From Minisyncoccia bacterium (GTDB lineage: Bacteria > Patescibacteriota > Minisyncoccia > Phycocordibacterales > UBA9973): a stretch of DNA of 51,259 nucleotides. The position numbers were made by a program, and so were the translations under genes. Position 1 is the first letter of the stretch. Every line of letters starts with the position of its first letter. The stretch is taken from the NCBI GenBank assembly GCA_965656375.1, contig CBFHKH010000001.1, forward strand, positions 79,432 through 130,690. Direction: 5' to 3'. Below are positions 1-10,116 of this stretch, piece by piece. Under the pieces are notes generated by a model. The model was given only the letters and a program-made list of their open reading frames with translations, was not told the DNA's origin and did not search any database.

Positions 1-342
1 ATCAGCACCGATATTGAGAGTATTCGCAATAAAAAGAAGTAGCGCGCAAAAGATAAGAGCTTTTTTTGAAAACGATCTTTTTATGTTTGATCCGAGTCCT
101 TGACCTGTGACGAGAGCAATGCGACCGCACATCTCTTGGATTATTCCCATGAGTGGTAGTGTCCATGCTGCAAGCCAGAGTAAACTCGTACCGTATTGCG
201 CTCCAGTTTGTGAGTAGGTTGCTATACCTGAAGGATCATCATCAGCTGCACCTGTAATAAGCCCAGGACCTAATTGCTTGAGTAGGCTTTTCTCCTTAAT
301 TTCTTTCTTCGATTTTTCAGACGAGTCCATGGTATGAATCAT
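1..342 (-). CDS. Nramp-family divalent metal transporter, N-terminal part (runs off the window start; start at 342 or 330)
   Basis: Not in the ORF track. Manual minus-strand translation gives ...LGPGLITGAADDDPSGIATYSQTGAQYG...QEMCGRIALVTGQGL..., the Nramp/MntH-like TM1 motif. Confidence 0.85.
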   Translation of the reverse strand, partial: MIHTMDSSEKSKKEIKEKSLLKQLGPGLITGAADDDPSGIATYSQTGAQYGTSLLWLAAWTLPLMGIIQEMCGRIALVTGQGLGSNIKRSFSKKALIFCALLLFIANTLNIGAD

Positions 343-398
343 ATACTATTTTACCGGAATTTGATACAATTTATAGAGTATCGCTCATATATTCTAAG

Positions 399-1874
399 AT
401 GGCACTCAACAAACCGAACAAAATTCAAATAATCAAATACGCTCCACCGCCACCAGATTTGCCGACTCTCGGTCAGTCTGATCCGTCCGAGGTCTCATTT
501 ATCGGGCGTACAAACTACGTGGCGTCTCTCGAAGAGAAGAAATTCGTCTTTGGTATTAAGCGTGTCGACCGCAGGCGCCATCTCTATATCATCGGTAAAT
601 CTGGGGTGGGTAAATCAAAGCTTCAGGAACTCATGGTTCGTCAAGATATCGCACATGGACAAGGTCTTTGCGTTATCGATCCACACGGCGAATTCATCGA
701 CGACATTCTCGGATTTATCCCTGAGGATCGAATTGAAGATGTGTGTATCATTGACCCAGGTGATGTGGATTTTCCGTCATCATTCAATCCACTTGCCAAC
801 GTCGACCCGACATTCAAACACCAACTAACACAAGGTCTCATCGAAGTGCTCCGTAAACAATTCGGTGCAAACTGGACACCGCGTCTTGAACACGTCTTTC
901 GTTTTACAACACTCGCACTTCTCGACTATCCGCATGCGACAATGCGCGGAATGATCTCGATGCTTACTGACCGTAACTATCGTCAGAAAGTAGTGGAGTA
1001 TATCGAGGACGACATGGTGAAGCGCTTCTGGGCAATTGAATTCGCGGACTGGTCTGAAAAGTTCGATACTGATGCGATCATCCCGCTCGTTAACAAGCTT
1101 GGTCAATTCCTTTCTGATCCGATGCTTCGCAATATCTTCGGACAAAAGCAAAACAAGATCGATATTGAAAAATTGATGAATGATCAAAAAATTCTCCTCA
1201 TTAATCTCTCAAAAGGAAAGATCGGAGAAGAGAACTCTTCCTTCTTCGGAGCGATGTTCCTAACCAAGATTAAGCAAGCAGGTATGGCACGTGCGAAAAT
1301 GGAAGCAAAGGACCGTCATGATTTCTATCTCTATGTGGACGAGTTCCAAAACATCGTGACTGATACATTTGAAAACATTCTTTCTGAAGCTCGTAAATAC
1401 GGTCTCAACCTAACTGTTGCGCATCAATACGTTGGACAACTGTTGCCGAAGGTTCAGCAAGCTGTGCTCGGTAACGTAGGATCAATCATTTCATTCCGTG
1501 TGGGAGGTGACGATGCAGTTAAGCTCAAGCCAGAATTTGCACCGATCTTTGATGTGAAAGACATGATCAACTTGGGAGTCGGGGAATTTTATATAAAGAT
1601 GACAATCGATGGGGAATCATACGATCCATTCTCTGCAGAAACCCTTCGCGTACTTCCTCCGACACACCCTTCGTATCGTGATCGCGTGATCGAGTCTTCA
1701 CGCAACAAATACGCGATCCCAGCAGGCGAAGCACAGCGTCTCATTGCCGAAGAAGAATCGACGATCATCCGCTCTGCCCAAGAAAAAGCAGCAATTACTG
1801 GAGGCAAGAATTCCGCATACGGTGATGCTGCCAAACCCGCAGTCGAAGAGAAAGCAAGCGAGCCACTCATATAA
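399..1874 (+). CDS. VirD4/TraG/TrwB-like (HerA/FtsK superfamily) P-loop ATPase, CPR-type
   Basis: Walker A GKSGVGKS, DPHGE, Walker B LYVDEFQN, and EARKYGLNLTVAHQ. Confidence 0.85.
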   Translation: MALNKPNKIQIIKYAPPPPDLPTLGQSDPSEVSFIGRTNYVASLEEKKFVFGIKRVDRRRHLYIIGKSGVGKSKLQELMVRQDIAHGQGLCVIDPHGEFIDDILGFIPEDRIEDVCIIDPGDVDFPSSFNPLANVDPTFKHQLTQGLIEVLRKQFGANWTPRLEHVFRFTTLALLDYPHATMRGMISMLTDRNYRQKVVEYIEDDMVKRFWAIEFADWSEKFDTDAIIPLVNKLGQFLSDPMLRNIFGQKQNKIDIEKLMNDQKILLINLSKGKIGEENSSFFGAMFLTKIKQAGMARAKMEAKDRHDFYLYVDEFQNIVTDTFENILSEARKYGLNLTVAHQYVGQLLPKVQQAVLGNVGSIISFRVGGDDAVKLKPEFAPIFDVKDMINLGVGEFYIKMTIDGESYDPFSAETLRVLPPTHPSYRDRVIESSRNKYAIPAGEAQRLIAEEESTIIRSAQEKAAITGGKNSAYGDAAKPAVEEKASEPLI

Positions 1875-1886
1875 CTGTAACCATAT

Positions 1887-3542
1887 ATGCAAAATAAAAT
1901 ATGTACATACTGCAATACTTCTTTTGAAATCTTCGATAGAGAACTCGGTATGTACGAGAAAGTCGGTATTGTCGTACCGGATATATGCACGGAATGCCAT
2001 TGGAAGCAGCATATGGCGTTTTGGCCATTTGGCAAATTTCGACCTGGTCTTTCTGATCTTACTGGAGAAAAGTTCATAACTATCTTACCGGAACATCCTC
2101 GATACCCAATTTATACGTCGAAAGAGTGGTGGAGCGATGCGTGGGATGCGATGTCGTATGGTATGGATTACGATGAGACACGACCATTCTTTGATCAACT
2201 CAAAGAACTTCAAGAAAAAGTCCCTCGTCCTCATCAACAAGGAGGCTCTCAAAATACTGATTGTGATTGGTGTGATGATGTTTGGAATTCTAAAAATTGT
2301 TACTTATCTCGCTCTATCTCAAAAGCTGAAAATCTATTGTACGGATATAGATCTGTTGAAGTAAAAGATTCAATTGATGTTTCTCATGTATTTACTCTCG
2401 ACCAGTGTTATGACTGCGGATATTGCTTCAACTCGTATGATCTTTCTTTTTCAAGAAATTGTCGCGATTGTCTCAATAGCGCATTTCTCTTTGATTGTCG
2501 GAACTGTTCACATTGCTTTATGTGCTGGAATCTACGTGGCAAATCATACTGCATCGAGAATGTGCAATACACGAAAGAAGAATATGAAGAGAAGATGAAA
2601 TCAGTAAATCTCGGATCGCACAAAGAGCTCGAGTCCTACAAAGCACGCTACCTAGAGATCCTTAAGAATGAAGTAATACATAGAGAAAATTTCAATATAA
2701 AGACGTATGATTCAGTCGGAACGTATATGACTAATTGTAATAATTGTACAAATGTTTTCTGCTGGGAAGATTCAGAGAACTGTGTTAACTGTTTGCGTGG
2801 ACTCAAATCGAAAGATAATATTGATCTGACAGGATGTTGGGATGTGGAACTCTCTGGAAATAATAGTTGCTGTACGTCAGCATATCAACTCAAGTATTCT
2901 ATCTGGTGCGATGGCATTCGGTATTCAGAGTATTGTGATCTATGTCTTGAGGTTGATTATTGCTTTGGGTGTGTCGGTCTGCGTAAGAAAAAATACTGCA
3001 TTCTTAATAAACAATATACAAAGGAGGAATATGAAATTTTGAAAGCAAAGATAATTGCTGATATGAAAGCGCGTGGTGAATACGGCAAGTTTCCACCATA
3101 TTCGTTTGGCCTTTGTCCGTATAATTTTTCAACTGCAGTAATTTATTTCCCTGAAGTTACGAAAGAGTACGTAGAAGAGAAAGGAGGGTATTGGGAAGAG
3201 AATACTGGTGCGCATGTAGAAGGCATGCAGACAGCTGAACTTCCTGATTCTATTTCTGATGTAGATGATTCCCTGACAAAACAAGCACTCATATGTCCAG
3301 TGACAGGCTGGCGATACAATATCTCCGATGCAGAACTTGCGTTCTTGCGACACAAAAATATCGCTCTCCCTCGAGTGCACTTTGATGTACGAACCAAGGA
3401 GCGTTTGCGTCCGATGAGTCAGACCAAGAGTGAGCCGTATACCTGCACATATTGTAAAAAGGATATCGTCGCATATTATCCACGAGATTGGGAGTATGAA
3501 CGCATCGCATGCGTGGATTGCTATCAGCAGAATATAAACTAG
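1887..3542 (+). CDS. Cys-rich zinc-ribbon/repeat protein, paralog 1
   Basis: N-terminal CxxC...CxxC, central CxxCxxC runs, two copies of C(F)xCxxLxxKxYCIxNxxYxKEEY, C-terminal CxxCYQ. Confidence 0.85.
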   Translation: MQNKICTYCNTSFEIFDRELGMYEKVGIVVPDICTECHWKQHMAFWPFGKFRPGLSDLTGEKFITILPEHPRYPIYTSKEWWSDAWDAMSYGMDYDETRPFFDQLKELQEKVPRPHQQGGSQNTDCDWCDDVWNSKNCYLSRSISKAENLLYGYRSVEVKDSIDVSHVFTLDQCYDCGYCFNSYDLSFSRNCRDCLNSAFLFDCRNCSHCFMCWNLRGKSYCIENVQYTKEEYEEKMKSVNLGSHKELESYKARYLEILKNEVIHRENFNIKTYDSVGTYMTNCNNCTNVFCWEDSENCVNCLRGLKSKDNIDLTGCWDVELSGNNSCCTSAYQLKYSIWCDGIRYSEYCDLCLEVDYCFGCVGLRKKKYCILNKQYTKEEYEILKAKIIADMKARGEYGKFPPYSFGLCPYNFSTAVIYFPEVTKEYVEEKGGYWEENTGAHVEGMQTAELPDSISDVDDSLTKQALICPVTGWRYNISDAELAFLRHKNIALPRVHFDVRTKERLRPMSQTKSEPYTCTYCKKDIVAYYPRDWEYERIACVDCYQQNIN

Positions 3543-3543
3543 T

Positions 3544-3975
3544 ATGAATCCTAAAACTGTTATCATCTTTGGAGTATTTGACGGAATCCACGATGGACAC
3601 CGAGCTTTCATTCATGAAGCAAAACGGCATGGCGAGCAATTAGTAGCCATTGTCGCTCGTGATAGCGTAGTCGAGAAGATGAAAGGTAAACTTCCTGTAC
3701 ATTCTGAAGCGGATCGAATCAAAGCGCTCGTTAACGAGGCAGAAATCGATCTCGTGTACTTGGGTGATCAGGAAGAGGGAACCTACAAAACTCTCAAAGA
3801 ATTGAATCCACAAGTCGTTTTCCTTGGCTATGACCAACAAGCCCTTTTTGATAGTATTAGTATGGCAATGAAAGATGGGCTTTTACCTCATATGGAGACT
3901 CTCTATGGGAAAGCGTATGAGCCTGAACTATACCATTCATCAATCATAAATAAATCCAATGAATCCCGAGACTAA
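3544..3975 (+). CDS. Cytidylyltransferase-like (HxGH) nucleotidyltransferase, RibL/TagD-like
   Basis: FGVFDGIHDGH motif, followed by VARD and LGYDQ segments typical of the family. Confidence 0.75.
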   Translation: MNPKTVIIFGVFDGIHDGHRAFIHEAKRHGEQLVAIVARDSVVEKMKGKLPVHSEADRIKALVNEAEIDLVYLGDQEEGTYKTLKELNPQVVFLGYDQQALFDSISMAMKDGLLPHMETLYGKAYEPELYHSSIINKSNESRD

Positions 3976-5701
3976 ACAATGTCAGAATTGTAAGAAAGAC
4001 TTCGTTATTCAAATCGAAGATTTTTCATTCTACGAGAAGATGAAGGTGCCTCCACCAACATTCTGCCCTGATTGTCGATTAAAGCGACGACTCTATCATT
4101 ACAATAAACGTGCTCTCTACAAGCGGACTTGTGGTTTATGCGAGAAAGAAACTTTCACAATGTATCATCCTGAAGAACCAATTACAGTGTACTGCAATAA
4201 ATGTTGGTGGAATGATAGCTGGGACCCGTTGTCGTATGCTCGTGAAGTAGATTTTTCTCGACCAGCATTTCTACAAATGAAGGAAATGCTTGAGGCGGTA
4301 CCATGGATGGCTCTAGGGGTAGAAGAACCAACAATGGTTAATAGTCCATATTGTAATGGAGCAGGGCGTTTAAAGAATGCATATCTCGTTTTTTATGCAG
4401 ACCTTGTTGAGGATTCATACTATAGTGATACAGTAACTTTCCTTAAGAATTGTTTTGATTGTTACATGACGCATGAAAGCGAGCATTGCTATGAATGCGT
4501 AAATGTTCGGAAATGTTACCGAGCGTTTTATTCTATAGATTGTGAGGATTCATATGATATTTATTTTTCTAAGAATTTAGTAGGTTGTTCAAATTGTTTC
4601 GGATGTACCAATCTACGAAAGAAGCAATATTGTATCTACAATGAACAATATTCAAAAGAAGAATATGAAGAAAAGATTGGCGAACTTCTAAGCTCAGCAT
4701 GGGGTGATATAGAAACAACAATCAAGAAAACTCAGAGTGATTCATACCAGTATCCGCAAAAATATATGCATGGAAAGCAGAATGTTGATGTGACGGGGGA
4801 TTATACAGTCCATTCAAAAAACTCAAAAACTATTTATCAATCTGATGGAGTTGAAGATTCGAAATACTGTTTCCTCTGTTATCTTGGCCCGGTAAAGGAT
4901 TGCTATGACTATTCATTCTATGGCGAGAATGCGATCGAAGTTTATGAGACGATAAAAAGCGGTACGAATCTCAACCATGTGTTTTTCTCAAATGGCTGTT
5001 TCCCTGAGGGCCGTTCACTTGAGTATTGTCATTATTGTGTTGGATCACATGATCTTTTTGGATGTATTGGCCTTCGTAATAAGGAGTACTGTATTTTCAA
5101 TAAACAGTATTCAAAAGAGGAGTATTTCCAATTGCGCGAAAAGCTTATACAGCATATGAACGATATGCCGTACACAACTTCTCGTGGGCTTGTATATAGA
5201 TATGGAGAATTCTTCCCAACAGAATTTTCTCCATTTACGTATAACGAGTCAATAGTCCAAGAAGTCTTTCCTCTTAATAAAGAAGAAGTAGTAGTAGAAG
5301 GGTACCGCTTCCGTGAAAAAGAACAAAAAGAATATAAAATTACAATACGAAATGGAGAAATCCCCAAAGATAGTGCAGTCGTCGATGATTCCATCTTAAA
5401 TGAGATTATTGAATGTTCAAATGTTTCTGATTCTTGTACGAAAGCTTTTAAGATTCTTCCTGAGGAGCTTCAATTCTACAAAAAAATGAAGTTACCGTTG
5501 CCTACGCATTGTCCAAATTGTCGCCATGAGCTCCGCTTGAAACAAAGAAATCCGATGAAACTCTGGTCTCGGTCATGTATGTGCGATAAAGCGAATCATG
5601 AACATGCGGGGAATTGTGAAGTGAAGTTTGAAACTTCATATTCACCTGATCGACCAGATATAGTTTACTGCGAGAAGTGCTATCAACAGGAAATGATTTA
5701 A
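3959..5701 (+). CDS. Cys-rich zinc-ribbon/repeat protein, paralog 2
   Basis: MNPETKQCQNC...PPPTFCPDCR, two LRxKxYCIxNxQYSKEEY motifs, ends CEKCYQQEMI. Confidence 0.85.
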   Translation: MNPETKQCQNCKKDFVIQIEDFSFYEKMKVPPPTFCPDCRLKRRLYHYNKRALYKRTCGLCEKETFTMYHPEEPITVYCNKCWWNDSWDPLSYAREVDFSRPAFLQMKEMLEAVPWMALGVEEPTMVNSPYCNGAGRLKNAYLVFYADLVEDSYYSDTVTFLKNCFDCYMTHESEHCYECVNVRKCYRAFYSIDCEDSYDIYFSKNLVGCSNCFGCTNLRKKQYCIYNEQYSKEEYEEKIGELLSSAWGDIETTIKKTQSDSYQYPQKYMHGKQNVDVTGDYTVHSKNSKTIYQSDGVEDSKYCFLCYLGPVKDCYDYSFYGENAIEVYETIKSGTNLNHVFFSNGCFPEGRSLEYCHYCVGSHDLFGCIGLRNKEYCIFNKQYSKEEYFQLREKLIQHMNDMPYTTSRGLVYRYGEFFPTEFSPFTYNESIVQEVFPLNKEEVVVEGYRFREKEQKEYKITIRNGEIPKDSAVVDDSILNEIIECSNVSDSCTKAFKILPEELQFYKKMKLPLPTHCPNCRHELRLKQRNPMKLWSRSCMCDKANHEHAGNCEVKFETSYSPDRPDIVYCEKCYQQEMI

Positions 5702-5703
5702 AT

Positions 5704-7422
5704 ATGGAAACCCGAAATTGCCAAAACTGCAAAAAGAGCTTCACGATTGAACCGGACGATTTTGGATTTTATGAAAAAGTAAAAGTTCCTCCACCAACCT
5801 TTTGTCCTACATGCAGAAATCAACGCAGATTATCATGGCGTAATGATACATCTTTGTATAATCGTACATGCGAACTTTGCAACAAGTCAGTTGTGACTTT
5901 GTATTCAGCTGAATCAGGAGTAAAAATTTACTGTAATAAATGCTGGTGGAGTGATACATGGGATCCTATGGAGTATGGTCAAAAATATGATTTCTCAAGA
6001 CCATTCTTCGAACAATTTAAAGAGTTTATATTAAAAGTTCCTCATTTAGCACTTGTGAATGACAATGGTACAGGAAGCGTGAATTCAGAGTATACGCAGG
6101 ATTTTTCTTTTGCAAAGAATTGCTACATGGTATTCGTCGCATGGAAAGTTGAAAACATTATGTATAGTTATTACCTTATCGCCGGTAAAGACATTATGGA
6201 TTCTCTCAATGTAATGTCCAATTCGCAATGGCTCTATGAATGTATCCAACCTGAAGAGTGTTATCGAGTGAAGAATTCACAATTTGCTGTTTCATGTCTC
6301 GATTCGCAATTCCTCTATGATTGTAGAAATTGCTCGAATTGTTTTATGTGTTCAGGATTACGGAATCAGAAATATTGCTTCAAGAACAAGCAATATTCAA
6401 AAGAGGAATATGAGGAAATCGTAACTAGTTACAAACTCGACACATGGAGTGGGGTAGAGAGAGCTCAAAAAGAATTTGATGAATTTATCCTCGATACTCC
6501 ACGACGATTTGCGCACTTGGTACACTCATACAATTGTACTGGTGATCTACTCAGGAATGGTAAAAATTCAAAATTTTGCTTTAATGTTCAAAATCCGGAA
6601 AATTGTAAATGGATAGACAATGCCGATACGATCACAGATAGTTATGATATGGCGACATGCGGCGAGGCAAGCGAGTGCTATGATGGCATAACCTGTGATC
6701 ACTCAAATCAAAATATCTTCGGCTACTATTCATGGAAGAATCAAAATGTAGCATATACTCACCACTGTCATTCTTCTAAATACCTTTTTGGATGCGTGGG
6801 GCTAAGAAATAAAAGTCACTGTATCTTTAACATGCAGTACTCAAAGGAAGAATATGAAAAGATTCGAGCTGATATAGAGAAACAAATGAATGATATGCCA
6901 TATAGAGATAAAAATGGTTTAGAGTATAGATATGGGGAATTTTACCCAAGCGAACTATCTCATTTTGGTTATAATGAGACTATTGCTAACGAACGAGTAC
7001 CGTTGACTGAAGAAGAGATCAAAGGACACGGTTTTAAATGGCAAGAAAATGTTCAGCGAACAAAGGGCAAAGAAACTATCAAACCTGAGAATATTCCAGA
7101 CTCAATTCATGATATATCTGATTCTATTGCCCATGAGATTCTCTGCTGCACTGACTGTAATCGAAATTATAAAATAGTGCCAGAAGAGCTTAATTTTTAT
7201 AAAACGATGGTAATACCGATTCCGCGGCGATGTTTCTATTGCAGGCACGAAGCGAGAATAAAAAGGCGAAATCCATTCAAGCTATGGCATCGCTCATGTG
7301 ATTGTGACAATGCAATTCATACCCATGAAGGGAAATGTCCGATCGAATTTGAGACTACCTATTCTCCCGACCGAAAAGAGAAAGTGTTTTGCGAGACCTG
7401 TTATCAGCAAGAAATGAATTAA
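5704..7422 (+). CDS. Cys-rich zinc-ribbon/repeat protein, paralog 3 (start moved to ATG 5704)
   Basis: METRNCQNC matches the start of paralog 4. This ATG removes the overlap with the upstream gene. Confidence 0.85.
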   Translation: METRNCQNCKKSFTIEPDDFGFYEKVKVPPPTFCPTCRNQRRLSWRNDTSLYNRTCELCNKSVVTLYSAESGVKIYCNKCWWSDTWDPMEYGQKYDFSRPFFEQFKEFILKVPHLALVNDNGTGSVNSEYTQDFSFAKNCYMVFVAWKVENIMYSYYLIAGKDIMDSLNVMSNSQWLYECIQPEECYRVKNSQFAVSCLDSQFLYDCRNCSNCFMCSGLRNQKYCFKNKQYSKEEYEEIVTSYKLDTWSGVERAQKEFDEFILDTPRRFAHLVHSYNCTGDLLRNGKNSKFCFNVQNPENCKWIDNADTITDSYDMATCGEASECYDGITCDHSNQNIFGYYSWKNQNVAYTHHCHSSKYLFGCVGLRNKSHCIFNMQYSKEEYEKIRADIEKQMNDMPYRDKNGLEYRYGEFYPSELSHFGYNETIANERVPLTEEEIKGHGFKWQENVQRTKGKETIKPENIPDSIHDISDSIAHEILCCTDCNRNYKIVPEELNFYKTMVIPIPRRCFYCRHEARIKRRNPFKLWHRSCDCDNAIHTHEGKCPIEFETTYSPDRKEKVFCETCYQQEMN

Positions 7423-7423
7423 T

Positions 7424-9115
7424 ATGGAAACTAGAAATTGCCAAAACTGTAAACAAGATTTTAGTATAGACGTTGATGATCTTTTATTCTACGAAAAGAT
7501 AAAAGTTCCACCACCGACATTTTGCCATATTTGCAGAATGCAAAGAAGGTTTATGTTTCGTAATGAACGCACACTGTATAAGAGGAATTGCGATCTATGT
7601 AAGAATCCGACAGTCTCGATCTTTTCTCCAGATACTCACTTTAAAGTGTACTGTAGTAAGTGTTGGTGGGGTGAAGGTTGGAATAGTGGAGACTATTACC
7701 TTGAATATGATTCAAACAAGAATTTCTTTGAACAGATCAAAGAATTACAACTAAAGACTCCTTTTATGGACAAAGTCGTAGGTTATACAACCCTTGTAAA
7801 TAGTGACTATATAAATCATGCGGCTGAATGCAAGAATTGCTATCTGATCTTTACTGCGGACTATTGTGAAAATGTATACTTTGGAACGACGCTTCTGTCT
7901 GTGAAAGACTCGGCTGATCTCATTATGGGCCATAGTGCAGAGCTTTTGTATGGAACGATTGGAGGAAGTGGAAGTTCACGTTGTTTCTTTACCAAAAATT
8001 GTAGCAGTTGTGTAGATGTCTGGTATTCAAAAAACTGTACTGGATGTACGGATTGTTTTGGATGTGTGAATCTACGTAACAAGAGCCACTATATCTATAA
8101 CGAGCCATACTCGAAAGAAGAATATGATAAAAAGATACAAGAAATGAAACTTGATACATATTCAAGTCATCTCCAGATCAGGGAAGACATCTATGATTTC
8201 TGGAAAAAATTTCCTGTCAGGTATGTTCATGGCCGCATGAACAGTAATACCAGTGGCGAGTATGTAGTTTCTTCAAAAAATGCCAAGAATTGCTATCAAG
8301 TTGCAAACTCAGAGGATGTCGCGTATTGCCAATTCATAACCATGCCGCCATTTAAGGATTCTTATGATATAACCGAGTGGGGGAATAAAACAGAATTATG
8401 TATCGAGGGAATTACGATCGGTGAGGGCGCATCTGGTATAAAATATTCAAATGCAGTATGGAACAATACCGAAAATGTAGAATACTCAATGTATCTGATT
8501 AATTGTAAGGATTGCTTCGGATGTGTGAATCTACGAAAGAAGCAATATTGTATTTTAAACAAGCAATATACGAAAGAAGAGTACATTGCGCTACGAGCGA
8601 AGATTATCAAAGATCTAGAAGAGAATCCGTATATTGATACAAAGGGAAGAATATTTAAATACGGAGAATTCTTTCCCTATGATCTGTCGCCATTTGCGTA
8701 TAATGAATCATTTGCGAATCAGTATTTTCCACTGGCAAAAGAAGAGATTGAATCAAAAGGGTTTAACTATATTGAACCGAAAAAGCCTGATTATCGAGCT
8801 ACTATTAAACTCTCAGATATTCCAGATAGTATACAGGATGTTGATGATGATTTTACAAAAGAAATACTCGAATGTTCGTGTGGCAAGTATTACAGAATAA
8901 TAGCTGGTGAATTACAACTACTCAAACGGTTTGGAATTCCAATTCCTCGTGAATGTCCTGATTGCAGACATGCATTTAGATTAGGCCTTTTAAACTCTCT
9001 ATATCTGTATGATCGACAGTGTGATAAATGTGGAAAAGAGGTCAAAAGCTCCTTTGCCTCGAACCGATCAGAAATTGTCTATTGCGAATCGTGTTATCAA
9101 AATGAAGTAAACTAG
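7424..9115 (+). CDS. Cys-rich zinc-ribbon/repeat protein, paralog 4
   Basis: Same architecture as the other paralogs; ends CDKC-x17-CESCYQNEVN. Confidence 0.85.
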   Translation: METRNCQNCKQDFSIDVDDLLFYEKIKVPPPTFCHICRMQRRFMFRNERTLYKRNCDLCKNPTVSIFSPDTHFKVYCSKCWWGEGWNSGDYYLEYDSNKNFFEQIKELQLKTPFMDKVVGYTTLVNSDYINHAAECKNCYLIFTADYCENVYFGTTLLSVKDSADLIMGHSAELLYGTIGGSGSSRCFFTKNCSSCVDVWYSKNCTGCTDCFGCVNLRNKSHYIYNEPYSKEEYDKKIQEMKLDTYSSHLQIREDIYDFWKKFPVRYVHGRMNSNTSGEYVVSSKNAKNCYQVANSEDVAYCQFITMPPFKDSYDITEWGNKTELCIEGITIGEGASGIKYSNAVWNNTENVEYSMYLINCKDCFGCVNLRKKQYCILNKQYTKEEYIALRAKIIKDLEENPYIDTKGRIFKYGEFFPYDLSPFAYNESFANQYFPLAKEEIESKGFNYIEPKKPDYRATIKLSDIPDSIQDVDDDFTKEILECSCGKYYRIIAGELQLLKRFGIPIPRECPDCRHAFRLGLLNSLYLYDRQCDKCGKEVKSSFASNRSEIVYCESCYQNEVN

Positions 9116-9119
9116 TCTT

Positions 9120-9701
9120 CTATAGATTAAATAGATATTTTTTCTTTATTCCAACAATGATGAGGAGATTGTTGGTGAGTAAGTAAAGAGGGAATGCAAC
9201 ATTCAAAAATGAGAAATCTTGAATGATTAAAAAGGTAATCACTGAATTAAAACTTCCAAATAAATATGGTCCTGTATTTTCTGTCTCACTGTGTCTCCAT
9301 GCTTTGATGAATGTAGGTAACCCTGCGAATAAATCAGCAAGAATTGCAAAGAGTAAGGAAATAACTCCATCTTTTGTCGTTACCCAAATAACAATGGTAA
9401 CAGCAGAGAGAACTCCGCATCCAATATCAAATATTGTTATTTTCCAAAAAGAATGTTTACTGAAAAATGAAGCAATAACCACAAGGAGCGGTCCAAATCC
9501 AGCTAGAAATGTAGACACGAGTAGAGGTATTGCGATTCCTGATTGATAGGCGATATAAACTCCAACAAAAGGAGCTATTGTCCAAAATATCCAAGAAACT
9601 ATATTTGGCCGAGTTTTCCCTTGAAATGTATCTTTGATATACAAAAATATTCCAATAAGGCCAAGGGGAATTGTAAAATAGGCAAAGTATTCAGGTATCA
9701 T
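9120..9701 (-). CDS. Multi-pass membrane protein (PQ-loop-like)
   Basis: Several hydrophobic segments and YIKDTFQGKTRPNIVSW. An extended -10 (TGcTATAAT) lies 9 nt upstream of the ATG. Confidence 0.6.
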   Translation of the reverse strand: MIPEYFAYFTIPLGLIGIFLYIKDTFQGKTRPNIVSWIFWTIAPFVGVYIAYQSGIAIPLLVSTFLAGFGPLLVVIASFFSKHSFWKITIFDIGCGVLSAVTIVIWVTTKDGVISLLFAILADLFAGLPTFIKAWRHSETENTGPYLFGSFNSVITFLIIQDFSFLNVAFPLYLLTNNLLIIVGIKKKYLFNL

Positions 9702-9722
9702 AGCGAGTAAATTATAGCATTT

Positions 9723-9763
9723 AAAATAAAAACAACCTCGTACATATAGAGTACGAGGTGTTT
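9723..9763 (-). terminator. Intrinsic terminator of the 9762..10028 gene
   Basis: ACCTCGTAC (9735-9743) / GTACGAGGT (9751-9759) inverted repeat, followed by a U-rich tract on the minus strand. Confidence 0.6.
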
Positions 9764-10028
9764 ATCTGTAGCTAAGATACAAAATAATCGTCGTAAGGGT
9801 GAATGAGGAAGCAATACTTAAAAATACAAACTGTTTCTTGTCTTTGTTAACTTTTCCATTGATGGCAAAGGTTACCTGTACAAGTAGATAAATAAGTAAT
9901 GTCCAAAAACTCAATCCACTTACATTTTTATGGATAACGATTTTGTATATTTGAGGGAACATTGTAAATATGTTCAGAGTACACACTACAGAAAATACAA
10001 CTGGCCAGATCCGTTTTAGTATTTCCAT
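9762..10028 (-). CDS. SemiSWEET/PQ-loop small membrane protein
   Basis: 88 aa with three hydrophobic segments and the motif FPQIYKIVIHKNVSGLS. Confidence 0.7.
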   Translation of the reverse strand: MEILKRIWPVVFSVVCTLNIFTMFPQIYKIVIHKNVSGLSFWTLLIYLLVQVTFAINGKVNKDKKQFVFLSIASSFTLTTIILYLSYR

Positions 10029-10116
10029 TAGAACGTATTTTTAGTTAAGTTAATTATACATTTAATATAATATATTGTCAATGATGAGTTATTCTACAAA
10101 AATGTATAATTTATGT

